Position numbers and translations under genes: made by a program | Shown here: positions 34,616-43,679 of the stretch, piece by piece | Position numbering within the stretch: the first letter of the stretch is position 1 | How the letters are laid out: each line of letters begins with the position of its first letter | NCBI GenBank assembly: GCA_016209275.1 | Contig: JACQWM010000015.1 | Coordinates: forward strand, 1-63,958 | From: Candidatus Omnitrophota bacterium | Lineage (GTDB): Bacteria; Omnitrophota; Gorgyraeia; Aquiviventales; Aquiviventaceae | Direction: 5' to 3' | Length of the DNA: 63,958 nucleotides | Notes under the pieces: model-generated | Database searches by the model: none | What the model was told of the DNA's origin: nothing | The model's input: the letters and a program-made list of their open reading frames with translations, nothing else

Positions 34616-35502
34616 ACCGAAACCTCGCCGTCGAAGACGCGTTGTGCAGGCCCTTCCATGACGACATCAGCCACGCGCCAGGTTCCACGCTGCGGTTGCG
34701 CCATGCATGAGACGGCCACCAACTCCCCGCTGCGGGGTTGAAGGGTCATGCGAAATCGCTGCGGACGAGATGATGCCTTGGCTCGGCCCAATACTGCGAC
34801 GATCGCTGAGGCCACCATGCCAGTGCCACAGGCCAAGGTTTCATCCTCCACCCCCCGCTCGTACGTTCGGATCTTCAGTCGATGGGGACCCAGCCGCTGG
34901 ATGAAATTGACGTTGGTGCCCTGCGGCGCAAACACCTTGTGAAATCGCAACCGGCGCCCCAAGCCCTCGACGTCAATCGTCTCAAGGTTGGGAACGGCCA
35001 CCACCATATGCGGCACGCCAGTATTCACAAACCCATAGCGAATCGTCCGTGCGCCGACCTTCAGCGACTGCTGCAGCTGCAACTCGGTTGGCTCCATCAT
35101 TCGCGTCGCCACACGGTTGCCCTGCACCCGCGCCGATAACGTCCCCGCCAATGTCTCTAAGGTGATGGCTTTGCTGCTGTGTGCTGTGTGCTGCCCGCCC
35201 CGGCTCTGCGGGTCGGGCCGGGGTGTGCTGTGTGCCAAATACAGCGCGACACAGCGCGCGCCATTGCCGCACATCTCAGCCTCAGAACCATCGGCGTTGA
35301 AGATGCGCATTTTCGCGGCGGCTGAGCGCGATGGCTCCAACAGCAGCATCCCATCCGCGCCGATGCCGTGGTGCCGGTCGCACAAGGCTTGGCTGACAGC
35401 GCTCCATCGTCTTGAGACGCCGTTACACTGACGGCGCCTGGCATCCACGACAATAAAGTCATTGCCGGTGCCGGCCATTTTGGTAAAGGGAATCTTCTTC
35501 AT
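34612..35502 (-). CDS. dapF: Diaminopimelate epimerase with a repeat-encoded insertion
   Basis: MKKIPFTKMAGTGNDFIVVD..; ..EAEMCGNGARC..; ..LACGTG... Confidence 0.9.
   Translation of the reverse strand: MKKIPFTKMAGTGNDFIVVDARRRQCNGVSRRWSAVSQALCDRHHGIGADGMLLLEPSRSAAAKMRIFNADGSEAEMCGNGARCVALYLAHSTPRPDPQSRGGQHTAHSSKAITLETLAGTLSARVQGNRVATRMMEPTELQLQQSLKVGARTIRYGFVNTGVPHMVVAVPNLETIDVEGLGRRLRFHKVFAPQGTNVNFIQRLGPHRLKIRTYERGVEDETLACGTGMVASAIVAVLGRAKASSRPQRFRMTLQPRSGELVAVSCMAQPQRGTWRVADVVMEGPAQRVFDGEVSV
35172..35236. repeat. In-frame repeat insert in dapF: GCTGTGT heptamers flanking a GC hairpin
   Basis: GCTGTGT GCTGTGT GCTGCCC .. CCCCGGC-n12-GCCGGGG .. GTGTGCTGTGTGCC. The 14-mer GTGTGCTGTGTGCC also occurs at 33708-33721. 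Confidence 0.8.
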
Positions 35503-36776
35503 GTGAGAAACCCAGATGGAATCACATCATGGCGAATAAGATCAGACCGAGTCTCGCGGCGTCGGATGACGGCCCAACGGTTGCCGCGCACCAGCACCTC
35601 GGCCGGCCTCGTGCGTCCGTTGTAGTTGGACGCCATGGTAAACCCATAGGCGCCAGCACCCAGAATCGCTAGTCGCTGCCCGGCGGCCACGCGTCCCAGT
35701 GATCGATTTTTCGCGAACACATCAGCGCTTTCACAGATCGGCCCAACGATGTCGAACCGACCTGTCCCATTGGCGGCACCCGCACCTGATCCGACAGGGA
35801 TCACCTCATGATACGCTCCATACAAGGCCGGGCGGATCAAATCGTTCATGCCCGCATTCACGACGGCAAATTGTTTTCGGCGCGAGCGTTTGACATAAAG
35901 CACTTCAGCCACGAGAATCCCGGCATTGCCCACGATGAACCGGCCTGGCTCAAGAATCAGCCGCACTCCTAAGGGTTCAATCAGCGGCAGCACCGCCTTG
36001 GCAAACTGCTGCGGCGTTTGCGGCCGTTCATCTTTATAGATGATGCCAAGCCCGCCGCCAAGATTGAGCCACTCCAGAGGGGCCCCGTCTCGCCGCCCCT
36101 GCCGGATCACCTCGCCGGCTCGCCGGATCGCTTCCACAAACGGCTCGGGCTTGGTGATCTGCGAGCCGATGTGCAGGTGGATCCCGATCATCTCGACACC
36201 GCGAAATTTCGCATGCGAGCGCAGCAAGGTTTCAGCCGCTGCCCGGTCGATGCCGAATTTGGTCTCGGCCACTCCGGTCGTGATGTAGCGATGCGTATGC
36301 GCTTCGACGTCAGGGTTGAGCCGCAGCGCTACCCGCGCGGCCGTGCGCATCGATTGCGCGATGCGATCAATGGCGCGCAGCTCTGGCTCGGACTCCACAT
36401 TGAAGCAAAAGATGCCGGCCTTTAGCGCTTCGTGAATTTCCGCATCGGTTTTTCCAACGCTGGCAAACACGATCTTCGATGGCGGGCAGCCGGCTTTGAG
36501 CGCCTTAAACAGCTCGCCTCCGGAGACGATATCCAGCCCGGCCCCATGGCTGACCAGCAGCCTGAGAATCGCCAGGTTGCCGTTGGCTTTCACGGAGAAA
36601 CAGATCAGCGGCTGGATTTCGCGAAAGGCCGACCGCAGCTTCTCCAGATGCTCCACCAGAGTTTTGCGGCTATAGATGTAGACCGGCGTGCCGACCTGCT
36701 CGGCAATCTGAGCCACCGGCACGCGCTCGCAATAGAGCTGGCCTTTCACTTGATGAAAGTCGTGTGGATAGTACAT
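35499..36776 (-). CDS. lysA: Diaminopimelate decarboxylase
   Basis: 425 aa. PLP-dependent Orn/DAP/Arg decarboxylase fold (..FSVKANGNLAIL.., ..LNLGGGLGI..). Confidence 0.92.
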   Translation of the reverse strand: MYYPHDFHQVKGQLYCERVPVAQIAEQVGTPVYIYSRKTLVEHLEKLRSAFREIQPLICFSVKANGNLAILRLLVSHGAGLDIVSGGELFKALKAGCPPSKIVFASVGKTDAEIHEALKAGIFCFNVESEPELRAIDRIAQSMRTAARVALRLNPDVEAHTHRYITTGVAETKFGIDRAAAETLLRSHAKFRGVEMIGIHLHIGSQITKPEPFVEAIRRAGEVIRQGRRDGAPLEWLNLGGGLGIIYKDERPQTPQQFAKAVLPLIEPLGVRLILEPGRFIVGNAGILVAEVLYVKRSRRKQFAVVNAGMNDLIRPALYGAYHEVIPVGSGAGAANGTGRFDIVGPICESADVFAKNRSLGRVAAGQRLAILGAGAYGFTMASNYNGRTRPAEVLVRGNRWAVIRRRETRSDLIRHDVIPSGFLT

Positions 36777-36790
36777 GAAAGTCTTCCAAA

Positions 36791-36830
36791 CGATATCAGA
36801 TATGACACCGCCATTTCATATCTGATATCG
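36791..36830. repeat. GATATCAGATATC-family palindrome, copy 4
   Basis: CGATATCAGATATGACACCGCCATTTCATATCTGATATCG, between argH and lysA. Confidence 0.95.
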
Positions 36831-36833
36831 CTC

Positions 36834-38243
36834 TTAGGTTAGGGTTTTTCGCCAGCGGGCGATCGCCTGTCGCACCATCTGCGGATTCGTGCTGCCTAAA
36901 CTTCGTTTGCGATTCACCGACTGCGCCGGATCCATAACCGCCAGCGCATCCCGCCCAAACCGTGGCGAGAATCGCTGCAACTGAGCCCAGCGGAAATCGC
37001 GCAAGGCGTTCCCTTGGGATTCGGCGGCAGCAACGATGCGGCCCACGATCTCATGAGCCGTGGCAAATGGCTCACCCTTCTTGACGAGATACTCTGCAAG
37101 ATCCGTCGCGCAGAGCGTATCGGACGCAAGGAGCCGAGCCGCGGATGATCGGCGGATACGCACATGGTAAACCAATCGCGCGAGCACGGTCAAGGCGTCG
37201 TCGGAGGCTTCCACCGACTCAAACACGAATCGCTTGTCCCATTGCAAATCGCGGTTGTACGTCAACGGCAAGCCCTTCATCATCGTCAGAAACCCGGTGA
37301 GATTGCCGATGATCAGCCCCGCCTGCCCACGGATGAGCTCCAGCACATCCGGATTTTTCTTCTGCGGCATCAGACTCGATCCGGTGGCAAACGCATCATC
37401 CAGCGCCGCAATGCCGAATTCTGCCGTGGACCAGAGAATGAGGTCCTCGGAGAAGCGCGACAGATGCATAGCAAGCACCGCGAGCGCCGAGACGACCTCC
37501 AGCGCGAAATCTCGATCCGACACCGCATCCATGCTGTTGTCTGACACCTGAGAGAATCCCAGGAGCTTGGCCACGTAGCGGCGGTCGATTGGCCATGACG
37601 TGCCGGCAAGCGCCCCTGAGCCGAGCGGCAGCACATCGATGCGCGCTCGAGCATCAGCCAGCCGCGCTCGATCTCGCTCAAGCATCTCGACGTACGCGAG
37701 CAGGTGATGCGCCAGCAGCACCGGCTGGGCTTGTTGAAGGTGCGTGTAGCCTGGAATTACCACCTCGACATGCTTGTGGGCCATCGACACAAGGGCCCGC
37801 TGCACCTCCTGAATCCGCCCCATGAGGTTGGCCACGGCCGATCGAGCGTACAGGCGCAGGTCAAGACTCACCTGATCGTTGCGGCTGCGCGCGGTGTGCA
37901 ACTTCTTGGCCACCGGCCCGATCCCTCGCGCCAGTTGCTGCTGAATTTGCGTATGGATATCTTCGGCTCCAGCGTCCAGCGTCCCCGGCCCGCCACGTGC
38001 CGGGGCGGGCCAGCGTCCAGCCTCAATTGAGCGGAGGATTCGTGTCAGTCCTTTGACGAGTTTCTGGCTGTCAGACGATGGAATAATCCGGCACTTCCCC
38101 AGCATCTTGGCGTGAGCCATCGAGCCGATCACGTCATATTTCGCCAGCCGGTAATCCACGCTGATGCTTGAGGTGAACCGCTCCACCATCGGATCCGTCT
38201 TCTTCGTGAACCTCCCGCCCCACAATTTGCGCTGAGTGCTCAT
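36834..38243 (-). CDS. argH: Argininosuccinate lyase
   Basis: 469 aa; ..LHTARSRNDQV.., ..GSSLMPQKKNPD.. fumarate-lyase signature. Confidence 0.94.
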   Translation of the reverse strand: MSTQRKLWGGRFTKKTDPMVERFTSSISVDYRLAKYDVIGSMAHAKMLGKCRIIPSSDSQKLVKGLTRILRSIEAGRWPAPARGGPGTLDAGAEDIHTQIQQQLARGIGPVAKKLHTARSRNDQVSLDLRLYARSAVANLMGRIQEVQRALVSMAHKHVEVVIPGYTHLQQAQPVLLAHHLLAYVEMLERDRARLADARARIDVLPLGSGALAGTSWPIDRRYVAKLLGFSQVSDNSMDAVSDRDFALEVVSALAVLAMHLSRFSEDLILWSTAEFGIAALDDAFATGSSLMPQKKNPDVLELIRGQAGLIIGNLTGFLTMMKGLPLTYNRDLQWDKRFVFESVEASDDALTVLARLVYHVRIRRSSAARLLASDTLCATDLAEYLVKKGEPFATAHEIVGRIVAAAESQGNALRDFRWAQLQRFSPRFGRDALAVMDPAQSVNRKRSLGSTNPQMVRQAIARWRKTLT

Positions 38244-39421
38244 GTTGGGCTTCCTTCATACGCTAATCCGAACAGTTTAATGAAGCCTTCGGCATGGCGC
38301 TGGTCGAACTGATCTTTCGCCGAATACGTCGCCAGGCGCTCGCGATAGAGGCTGTGCGGCGATTGTCGGCCCACCGCTTGACAGCTTCCTTTATAGAGCT
38401 TGACCCGAACGCGCCCGGTCACACGCCGTTGCGTCTCATCCACGAAGACATCCAGGCTGCGCTTCAGCGGCGTGAACCACAACCCGCTGTAGACCAGCTC
38501 AGCGTACTTGGCTGACATCCCCTGCTTAAACTGCAGCAGCAGTCGATCCAGCACCAGCCGCTCCAACTCCTGATGCGCCTCAAGCAAGATCGCGCCGGCC
38601 GGCGACTCATACACCTCGCGCGATTTGATCCCGACCACCCGGCTCTCCATCATATCAGCCCGGCCGATGCCATGCTGAGCCCCGATGGCGCTGAGACGCT
38701 TAATGAGCCGCACGCCAGACAGGCGGGTGCCATTGAGCCCTGTGGGCGTGCCACGAGTGAAATCGATCGTGACATAGCCCGGTTTCGAGGTCGCTCGCTC
38801 GGGTGCTCGAATCGACCGATACGTATCCGAGGGCGGCTCAATCCAAGGATGTTCCAGCACCCCGGCCTCGATGCTCGTCCCCCAGAGATTTTGATCGATG
38901 CTATACGGGCTGCGCTTGGTCACATCGATGGGAATGCGGTGCCGTTTGGCGTAGTCGATTTCCTGATCGCGCGAACGGAATTCCCACTCCCGCACCGGAG
39001 CAATGATCTGCAATCGCGGATCAAGAATCCTGGCCGTGACCTCGAATCGCACTTGATCATTGCCTTTTCCAGTGCAGCCATGAGCCACGGCTGTCGCTTT
39101 CACCGCATGGGCCACATCAACAAGATGTTTGGCAATGAGCGGGCGAGACAGCGCGGTCGCCAGCACATATTTGCCTTCATAGACCGCATTGGCTTTGAGC
39201 GCCGGCCAGATATAGTCGCTGACAAACTCTTGGCGCACATCTTTCACCACGACGCTGGCAGCGCCCGCGATTTTTGCGCGCGTAACCGCCGCGGCTGACG
39301 GATCGCCCTGGCCCACATTGGCCATAAACGCGACGACGCGATACCCTCGTTCGGTTAACCACTTCACGCAGACCGATGTGTCAAGACCGCCTGAATAGGC
39401 CAGCACGACCGTTTTGCTCAT
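38240..39421 (-). CDS. argG: Argininosuccinate synthase
   Basis: Trimmed to MSKTVVLAYSGGLDTSV.. (the longer ORF would overlap the argF 3' end). Confidence 0.94.
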   Translation of the reverse strand: MSKTVVLAYSGGLDTSVCVKWLTERGYRVVAFMANVGQGDPSAAAVTRAKIAGAASVVVKDVRQEFVSDYIWPALKANAVYEGKYVLATALSRPLIAKHLVDVAHAVKATAVAHGCTGKGNDQVRFEVTARILDPRLQIIAPVREWEFRSRDQEIDYAKRHRIPIDVTKRSPYSIDQNLWGTSIEAGVLEHPWIEPPSDTYRSIRAPERATSKPGYVTIDFTRGTPTGLNGTRLSGVRLIKRLSAIGAQHGIGRADMMESRVVGIKSREVYESPAGAILLEAHQELERLVLDRLLLQFKQGMSAKYAELVYSGLWFTPLKRSLDVFVDETQRRVTGRVRVKLYKGSCQAVGRQSPHSLYRERLATYSAKDQFDQRHAEGFIKLFGLAYEGSPT

Positions 39422-39425
39422 CAAC

Positions 39426-40346
39426 TCAACCCTTTCCACATAGCCACATGAGGAGCGCTTTCTGAACATGCAGCCGATTCTCCGCCTGATCGAAGACGCG
39501 CGACTGCCGATGCTCCATGATATCGTCAGTAATCTCTTCCCCGCGATGCGCCGGCAAACAATGCAGCACGATGCAACCTGGCTGAGCCGCCTTCAACAGG
39601 CGCGCGTTGATCTGATAGGGCCGGAACACCTTCAAGCGCGCCTCGCGCTCTTTCTCCTGCCCCATGCTCACCCAGACGTCGGTGTAGAGGACCTCAGCGC
39701 CTGTTGCCGCTTCCGTGGGATCGGAGGTCCAGCGGATCACAGCGCCATGATGTTTCGCGCGCGCAACGGCATCCTTCCACATCGCGTCATGCGGCTTGTA
39801 GGCTGGCGGCGTCGCCACCGTCACATGAGCGCCCATCATCGCGCAGCCGTGCAGCAGCGAGTGCAGCACGTTGTTGCCGTCGCCGATGTAGGCCACGCGC
39901 AATCCCTTGAGCCGACCGAAGGCCTCCTGGATCGTGAGCAGATCCGCCAGCGCTTGGCACGGATGCACCGCATCTGAGAGCCCGTTGATGACCGGGCAAT
40001 CGGCGGATGTCGCAAACGCTTCGGCATCCGCATGGGCAAAGGTGCGCACAACGATCGCGTCCACGTAGCGCGACAGCGCACGGGCCACATCGTTGATGGG
40101 TTCGCGCACCCCCAGCTGAATATCCTGTTGGTCCAGATAGATCGCCGCTCCGCCCAGCTGGTGGACGGCCACTTCAAAGGCCACCCGCGTGCGCATCGAC
40201 GGCTTCTGAAACACCAGGGCCACCGTCTTGCCTTTCAGGGCGCTGCCGCCGAAGCGTCGATTGGCCTTGCATCGAACCGCCAACATCAGCAGCCGGGAGA
40301 GCTCTTTTTCACTCACATCCGTGATGGTCAAAAAATCTCGCATCAT
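39426..40346 (-). CDS. argF: Ornithine carbamoyltransferase
   Basis: Trimmed to MMRDFLTITDVS..; FQKPSMRTR, ..HPCQALAD.., ..HCLPAHRGEE... ATGA overlap with the argD stop. Confidence 0.94.
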   Translation of the reverse strand: MMRDFLTITDVSEKELSRLLMLAVRCKANRRFGGSALKGKTVALVFQKPSMRTRVAFEVAVHQLGGAAIYLDQQDIQLGVREPINDVARALSRYVDAIVVRTFAHADAEAFATSADCPVINGLSDAVHPCQALADLLTIQEAFGRLKGLRVAYIGDGNNVLHSLLHGCAMMGAHVTVATPPAYKPHDAMWKDAVARAKHHGAVIRWTSDPTEAATGAEVLYTDVWVSMGQEKEREARLKVFRPYQINARLLKAAQPGCIVLHCLPAHRGEEITDDIMEHRQSRVFDQAENRLHVQKALLMWLCGKG

Positions 40347-41533
40347 TGTTGTTGAATGAGCACTTCTTCGAGCATGTTCAGTCCGTGGTCCAGTTGCGCT
40401 TTGGTGATCGTCATCGCCGGCAGCAACCGCAGCACCCGCTCTTGGGTGCAGTTGATCAGCAGCCGCTTGGCCCGGCACGCCTCCACGATGGGCCGCCCGT
40501 CGATGCTCAGCTCCACGCCGATCATCAGTCCGCGGCCGCGGATCTCTGTGATGAAGGGCGCCTGCTCCTTGAGCCGCTGCAGCCGCGCCATCACATGCTG
40601 ACTCAGCGCGCGGACGCGTTCAAGCAGTCGCTCTTGGTCGATGACTTCAATCGTCGCCAGGATGCAGGCACAACCAAGCGGATTGCCGCCGTAGGTGGTG
40701 GCATGGGTCCCTGGCGTCAGCAAATCCGCAAACGCCGGCTTGGCAATCACCGCGCCGATCGGGAATCCCCCGCCGAGCGTTTTGGCTAACAGCATGATAT
40801 CAGGCGTGACCCCGCTGTGCTGATACGCAAACCATGTGCCGGTGCGCCCCATGCCGCTTTGGACCTCATCGAAGATCAGCAGCAGATGGCGCTCATCACA
40901 GATGTGGCGAAGCCCGGCAAGGAACTCGTGGCTCGCCACGCGAACGCCGCCTTCGCCTTGAATTGGCTCCACCAGCACGGCGCACGTCTTCGGCGTGATG
41001 GCTCGGCGCACCGCCTCAAGATCATTCAGCGGCGCGCGCACAAATCCCGGCAAGAGCGGTTCAAACCCTTGCTGGTATTTTGGCTGCGCGGTCGCACTCA
41101 TAGCTCCGGTGGTCCGGCCATGAAATGAGCGCTCCATCACGATGATTTCAAATCGGCCATCGGTGGCGCCAAACTTCCTCGAGAGTTTAATGGCGGTTTC
41201 CACGGCTTCTGCGCCGCTGTTACTGAAAAAGACCTTGCCCTCAAATGACCGCTCCACCAGCGCTTTCGCGGCTTTGGCCTGCAGCGGATGATAAAAGTTA
41301 TTCGGCACGTGCATCAGCCGTGTGGATTGTCCTCGCAGCGCGCGCATGACCCATGGATGGTTATGCCCCAAGCCGCTCACCCCCCAGCCCGGGAAGAGGT
41401 CCAGGTACTCCTGGCCCTCGACGTCCCAGACCCGGCTGCCTTTGCCTTTGGTCAGCACGAGGGGCTGGCGCACGTACGTGTTCATCACGTATTTGTCGTA
41501 CTGCTTGATCACTTGATTCGTTGTCTCTGCCAT
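40343..41533 (-). CDS. argD: Acetylornithine aminotransferase
   Basis: Trimmed to MAETTNQVIKQYDKYVMNTY..; ..FDEVQSGMGRTG.., ..LAKTLGGGFPIG.. Confidence 0.92.
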   Translation of the reverse strand: MAETTNQVIKQYDKYVMNTYVRQPLVLTKGKGSRVWDVEGQEYLDLFPGWGVSGLGHNHPWVMRALRGQSTRLMHVPNNFYHPLQAKAAKALVERSFEGKVFFSNSGAEAVETAIKLSRKFGATDGRFEIIVMERSFHGRTTGAMSATAQPKYQQGFEPLLPGFVRAPLNDLEAVRRAITPKTCAVLVEPIQGEGGVRVASHEFLAGLRHICDERHLLLIFDEVQSGMGRTGTWFAYQHSGVTPDIMLLAKTLGGGFPIGAVIAKPAFADLLTPGTHATTYGGNPLGCACILATIEVIDQERLLERVRALSQHVMARLQRLKEQAPFITEIRGRGLMIGVELSIDGRPIVEACRAKRLLINCTQERVLRLLPAMTITKAQLDHGLNMLEEVLIQQQ

Positions 41534-41535
41534 CG

Positions 41536-42387
41536 TCAGTGAACAATCTCCGTGCCGATGCCTTGCTTCGTAAAGATTTCCAAGAGCATGGCGTGCGGGA
41601 TGCTGGCGTCGATGATGTGCGTCTTCTTCACACCGATGCGCAACGCATTCACGCACGCTTTGACCTTCGGAATCATGCCTTCTTGGATGACCTGGCGCTC
41701 GATCAGCGTCTTGGCCTCCTTCACGGAGAGGGTTGAAATGAGCGAGCCTTCATCGCTGGCGTGCCGCAAAATGCCTCGGACGTTCGTGAGCAGGACGAGC
41801 TTCTCCGCCTTCAGATACGCCGCCACTTCGCTGGCCACGTCATCGGCGTTGATGTTGTACAGCTGCTCCCCATCCCCGATCCCCACCGGCGAAATCACCG
41901 GAATCGCGTTGTGCCGCAGCGCCTGGCGGATCCGGCCGGCCTGCACCATGCGCACCGACCCGACGAATCCCAGCTCAGCGCACCTGGCATGCGGCTGCGC
42001 GATAATCACCCAATGCCGCGGCACCAACCCCTCGGCGTCTCCGTTGAGCGCCTTGATCTGTGTCACGAGCCGCCCATTGACCTTTTCGAGCTCCTCATTG
42101 ACCACGCGAATGGCCTCGGCATCCGTCACGCGCATGCCATCGATGAACGCGCTTTTCTTGCCGCCCTCCGAGAGCTTTTTCGTGATCATCGGCCCGCCGC
42201 CATGCACGAGCACTGGGTGGATGCCGACCGCCCGCAGGAAGACGAGATCCTGCAGGATGCCTTTCATGGCTGTTGGATGATCAATGGCGCTGCCGCCATA
42301 TTTGACCACGACCACCTTCTGGTGAAACTGCTGAATGTACGGCAGCGCCTCAATCAGGATGTCGGCCTTCCTAATAGATTCCTCCAT
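41536..42387 (-). CDS. argB: Acetylglutamate kinase
   Basis: Trimmed to MEESIRKADILIEALPYIQQFHQKVVVVKYGGSA... The upstream residues of the track ORF are encoded by the CATGAC repeat. Confidence 0.92.
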   Translation of the reverse strand: MEESIRKADILIEALPYIQQFHQKVVVVKYGGSAIDHPTAMKGILQDLVFLRAVGIHPVLVHGGGPMITKKLSEGGKKSAFIDGMRVTDAEAIRVVNEELEKVNGRLVTQIKALNGDAEGLVPRHWVIIAQPHARCAELGFVGSVRMVQAGRIRQALRHNAIPVISPVGIGDGEQLYNINADDVASEVAAYLKAEKLVLLTNVRGILRHASDEGSLISTLSVKEAKTLIERQVIQEGMIPKVKACVNALRIGVKKTHIIDASIPHAMLLEIFTKQGIGTEIVH

Positions 42388-42393
42388 CTCAGG

Positions 42394-42485
42394 ACCGACC
42401 CATGACCCACGACTCATGACACATGACCAAAGAACCGTTAGCCGTTTGAGGTCGTGGGTCGTGCGTCATGTGTCGTGTGTCGCCG
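42394..42485. repeat. Heptamer-array hairpin: (NCATGAC)x5 - loop - (GTCRTGN)x5, copy 2
   Basis: GACCGAC CCATGAC CCACGAC TCATGAC ACATGAC .. GTCGTGG GTCGTGC GTCATGT GTCGTGT GTCGCCG. Aligns with 32854-32943. Confidence 0.9.
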
Positions 42486-43679
42486 TTACGTTGAATACCG
42501 TGCGTTAATATGGACATACTCTTCAGTCAAATCGCAGGTGCGCATGCGACTCGCGGCCCGCCCGGCATGCAGATGCACGTGAATGCGAACGCTCGGGCCT
42601 TGCATGAGACGACGCGAGACGGCAGCACTCAATCGCACGGCCACGCCGCCTACGACCATGCGCTGCCCTTCGATCCAAATGTCCAGGCGATTCGGATCGA
42701 ACACGGCCCCTGAAGCTCCGGCCGCCGCCGCCACCCGGCCAACATTGGGGTCGGCACCCGCCACCATCGTTTTCACCAGCGGAGAATTCGCAATGCTTCG
42801 CGCGCACCGTGAGGCTTCGCCCTCCGTCCGAGCGCCTTCCACAATGATTTCTGCCATGCGCGTGGCTCCCTCGCCATCGCTCACGATCATCAGTGCCAGT
42901 CGCTCCATGACCGCCTGGAGCATCTGGACAAAGGGCTTCTGAGCGGCTCCGGTCACGCGCGCTCCGGATCGGCCGCTCGCCAGCGCAAAGACCGTATCAT
43001 TCGTGCTCATGTCGCCATCAATCGTGATCTGGTTAAATGTCCTCGCCGCGGCCTGCCGCAGGAGACGCCGCAACAGCGAAGGGGCCACGGCCGCATCCGT
43101 GGTCATCACGCAGAGCATGGTGGCCATCGAGGGAGCAATCATGCCGGATCCCTTCGCCATGCCGCCAACCCGCACGGCGCTCCCATGGATGCGGGCTTCG
43201 ACCGCCGCTTCCTTCGGCTTCAGATCCGTCGTGAGAATCCCCAAGGCCGCTGAGGTATGATTCGCTCGATGCAGATGCTGCACGAGGGCTGGGATGCTCC
43301 GCAGCATGCGAGCCACGGGAAGCCGTTGCCCGATCATTCCGGTCGACGCCATCAGGACATGCCGCTCCGTCAGCCGAAGGGCCCCTGCGACGGATCGGCT
43401 GACCACCATGGCATCCCGAAGCCCGGCCACACCGGTCATGCAATTAGCGCACCCGCTGTTGAGGAGAATCGCCTGAGCCTGACCGGCGCGGATGCGCTCT
43501 TGGCTGATCAGCACCGGAGCGGCTTTCACACGATTTCGCGTCACCACCGCTGCGGCGACAGCGAGCTCATCGGCAACCACGAGCGAGAGGTCGGGTTTAT
43601 TGAGCCGTTTGATCCCCGCGTTGACCGCTGAAGCTCTAAACCCAAGCGCGGCGGTCACCCCGCCATTCATCCATTTCAT
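42486..43679 (-). CDS. argJ: Bifunctional glutamate N-acetyltransferase / amino-acid acetyltransferase
   Basis: 397 aa; ..GGVTAALGFRASAVNAGIK.., autoproteolytic ..ATMLCVMTTDA.. Confidence 0.92.
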   Translation of the reverse strand: MKWMNGGVTAALGFRASAVNAGIKRLNKPDLSLVVADELAVAAAVVTRNRVKAAPVLISQERIRAGQAQAILLNSGCANCMTGVAGLRDAMVVSRSVAGALRLTERHVLMASTGMIGQRLPVARMLRSIPALVQHLHRANHTSAALGILTTDLKPKEAAVEARIHGSAVRVGGMAKGSGMIAPSMATMLCVMTTDAAVAPSLLRRLLRQAAARTFNQITIDGDMSTNDTVFALASGRSGARVTGAAQKPFVQMLQAVMERLALMIVSDGEGATRMAEIIVEGARTEGEASRCARSIANSPLVKTMVAGADPNVGRVAAAAGASGAVFDPNRLDIWIEGQRMVVGGVAVRLSAAVSRRLMQGPSVRIHVHLHAGRAASRMRTCDLTEEYVHINARYST

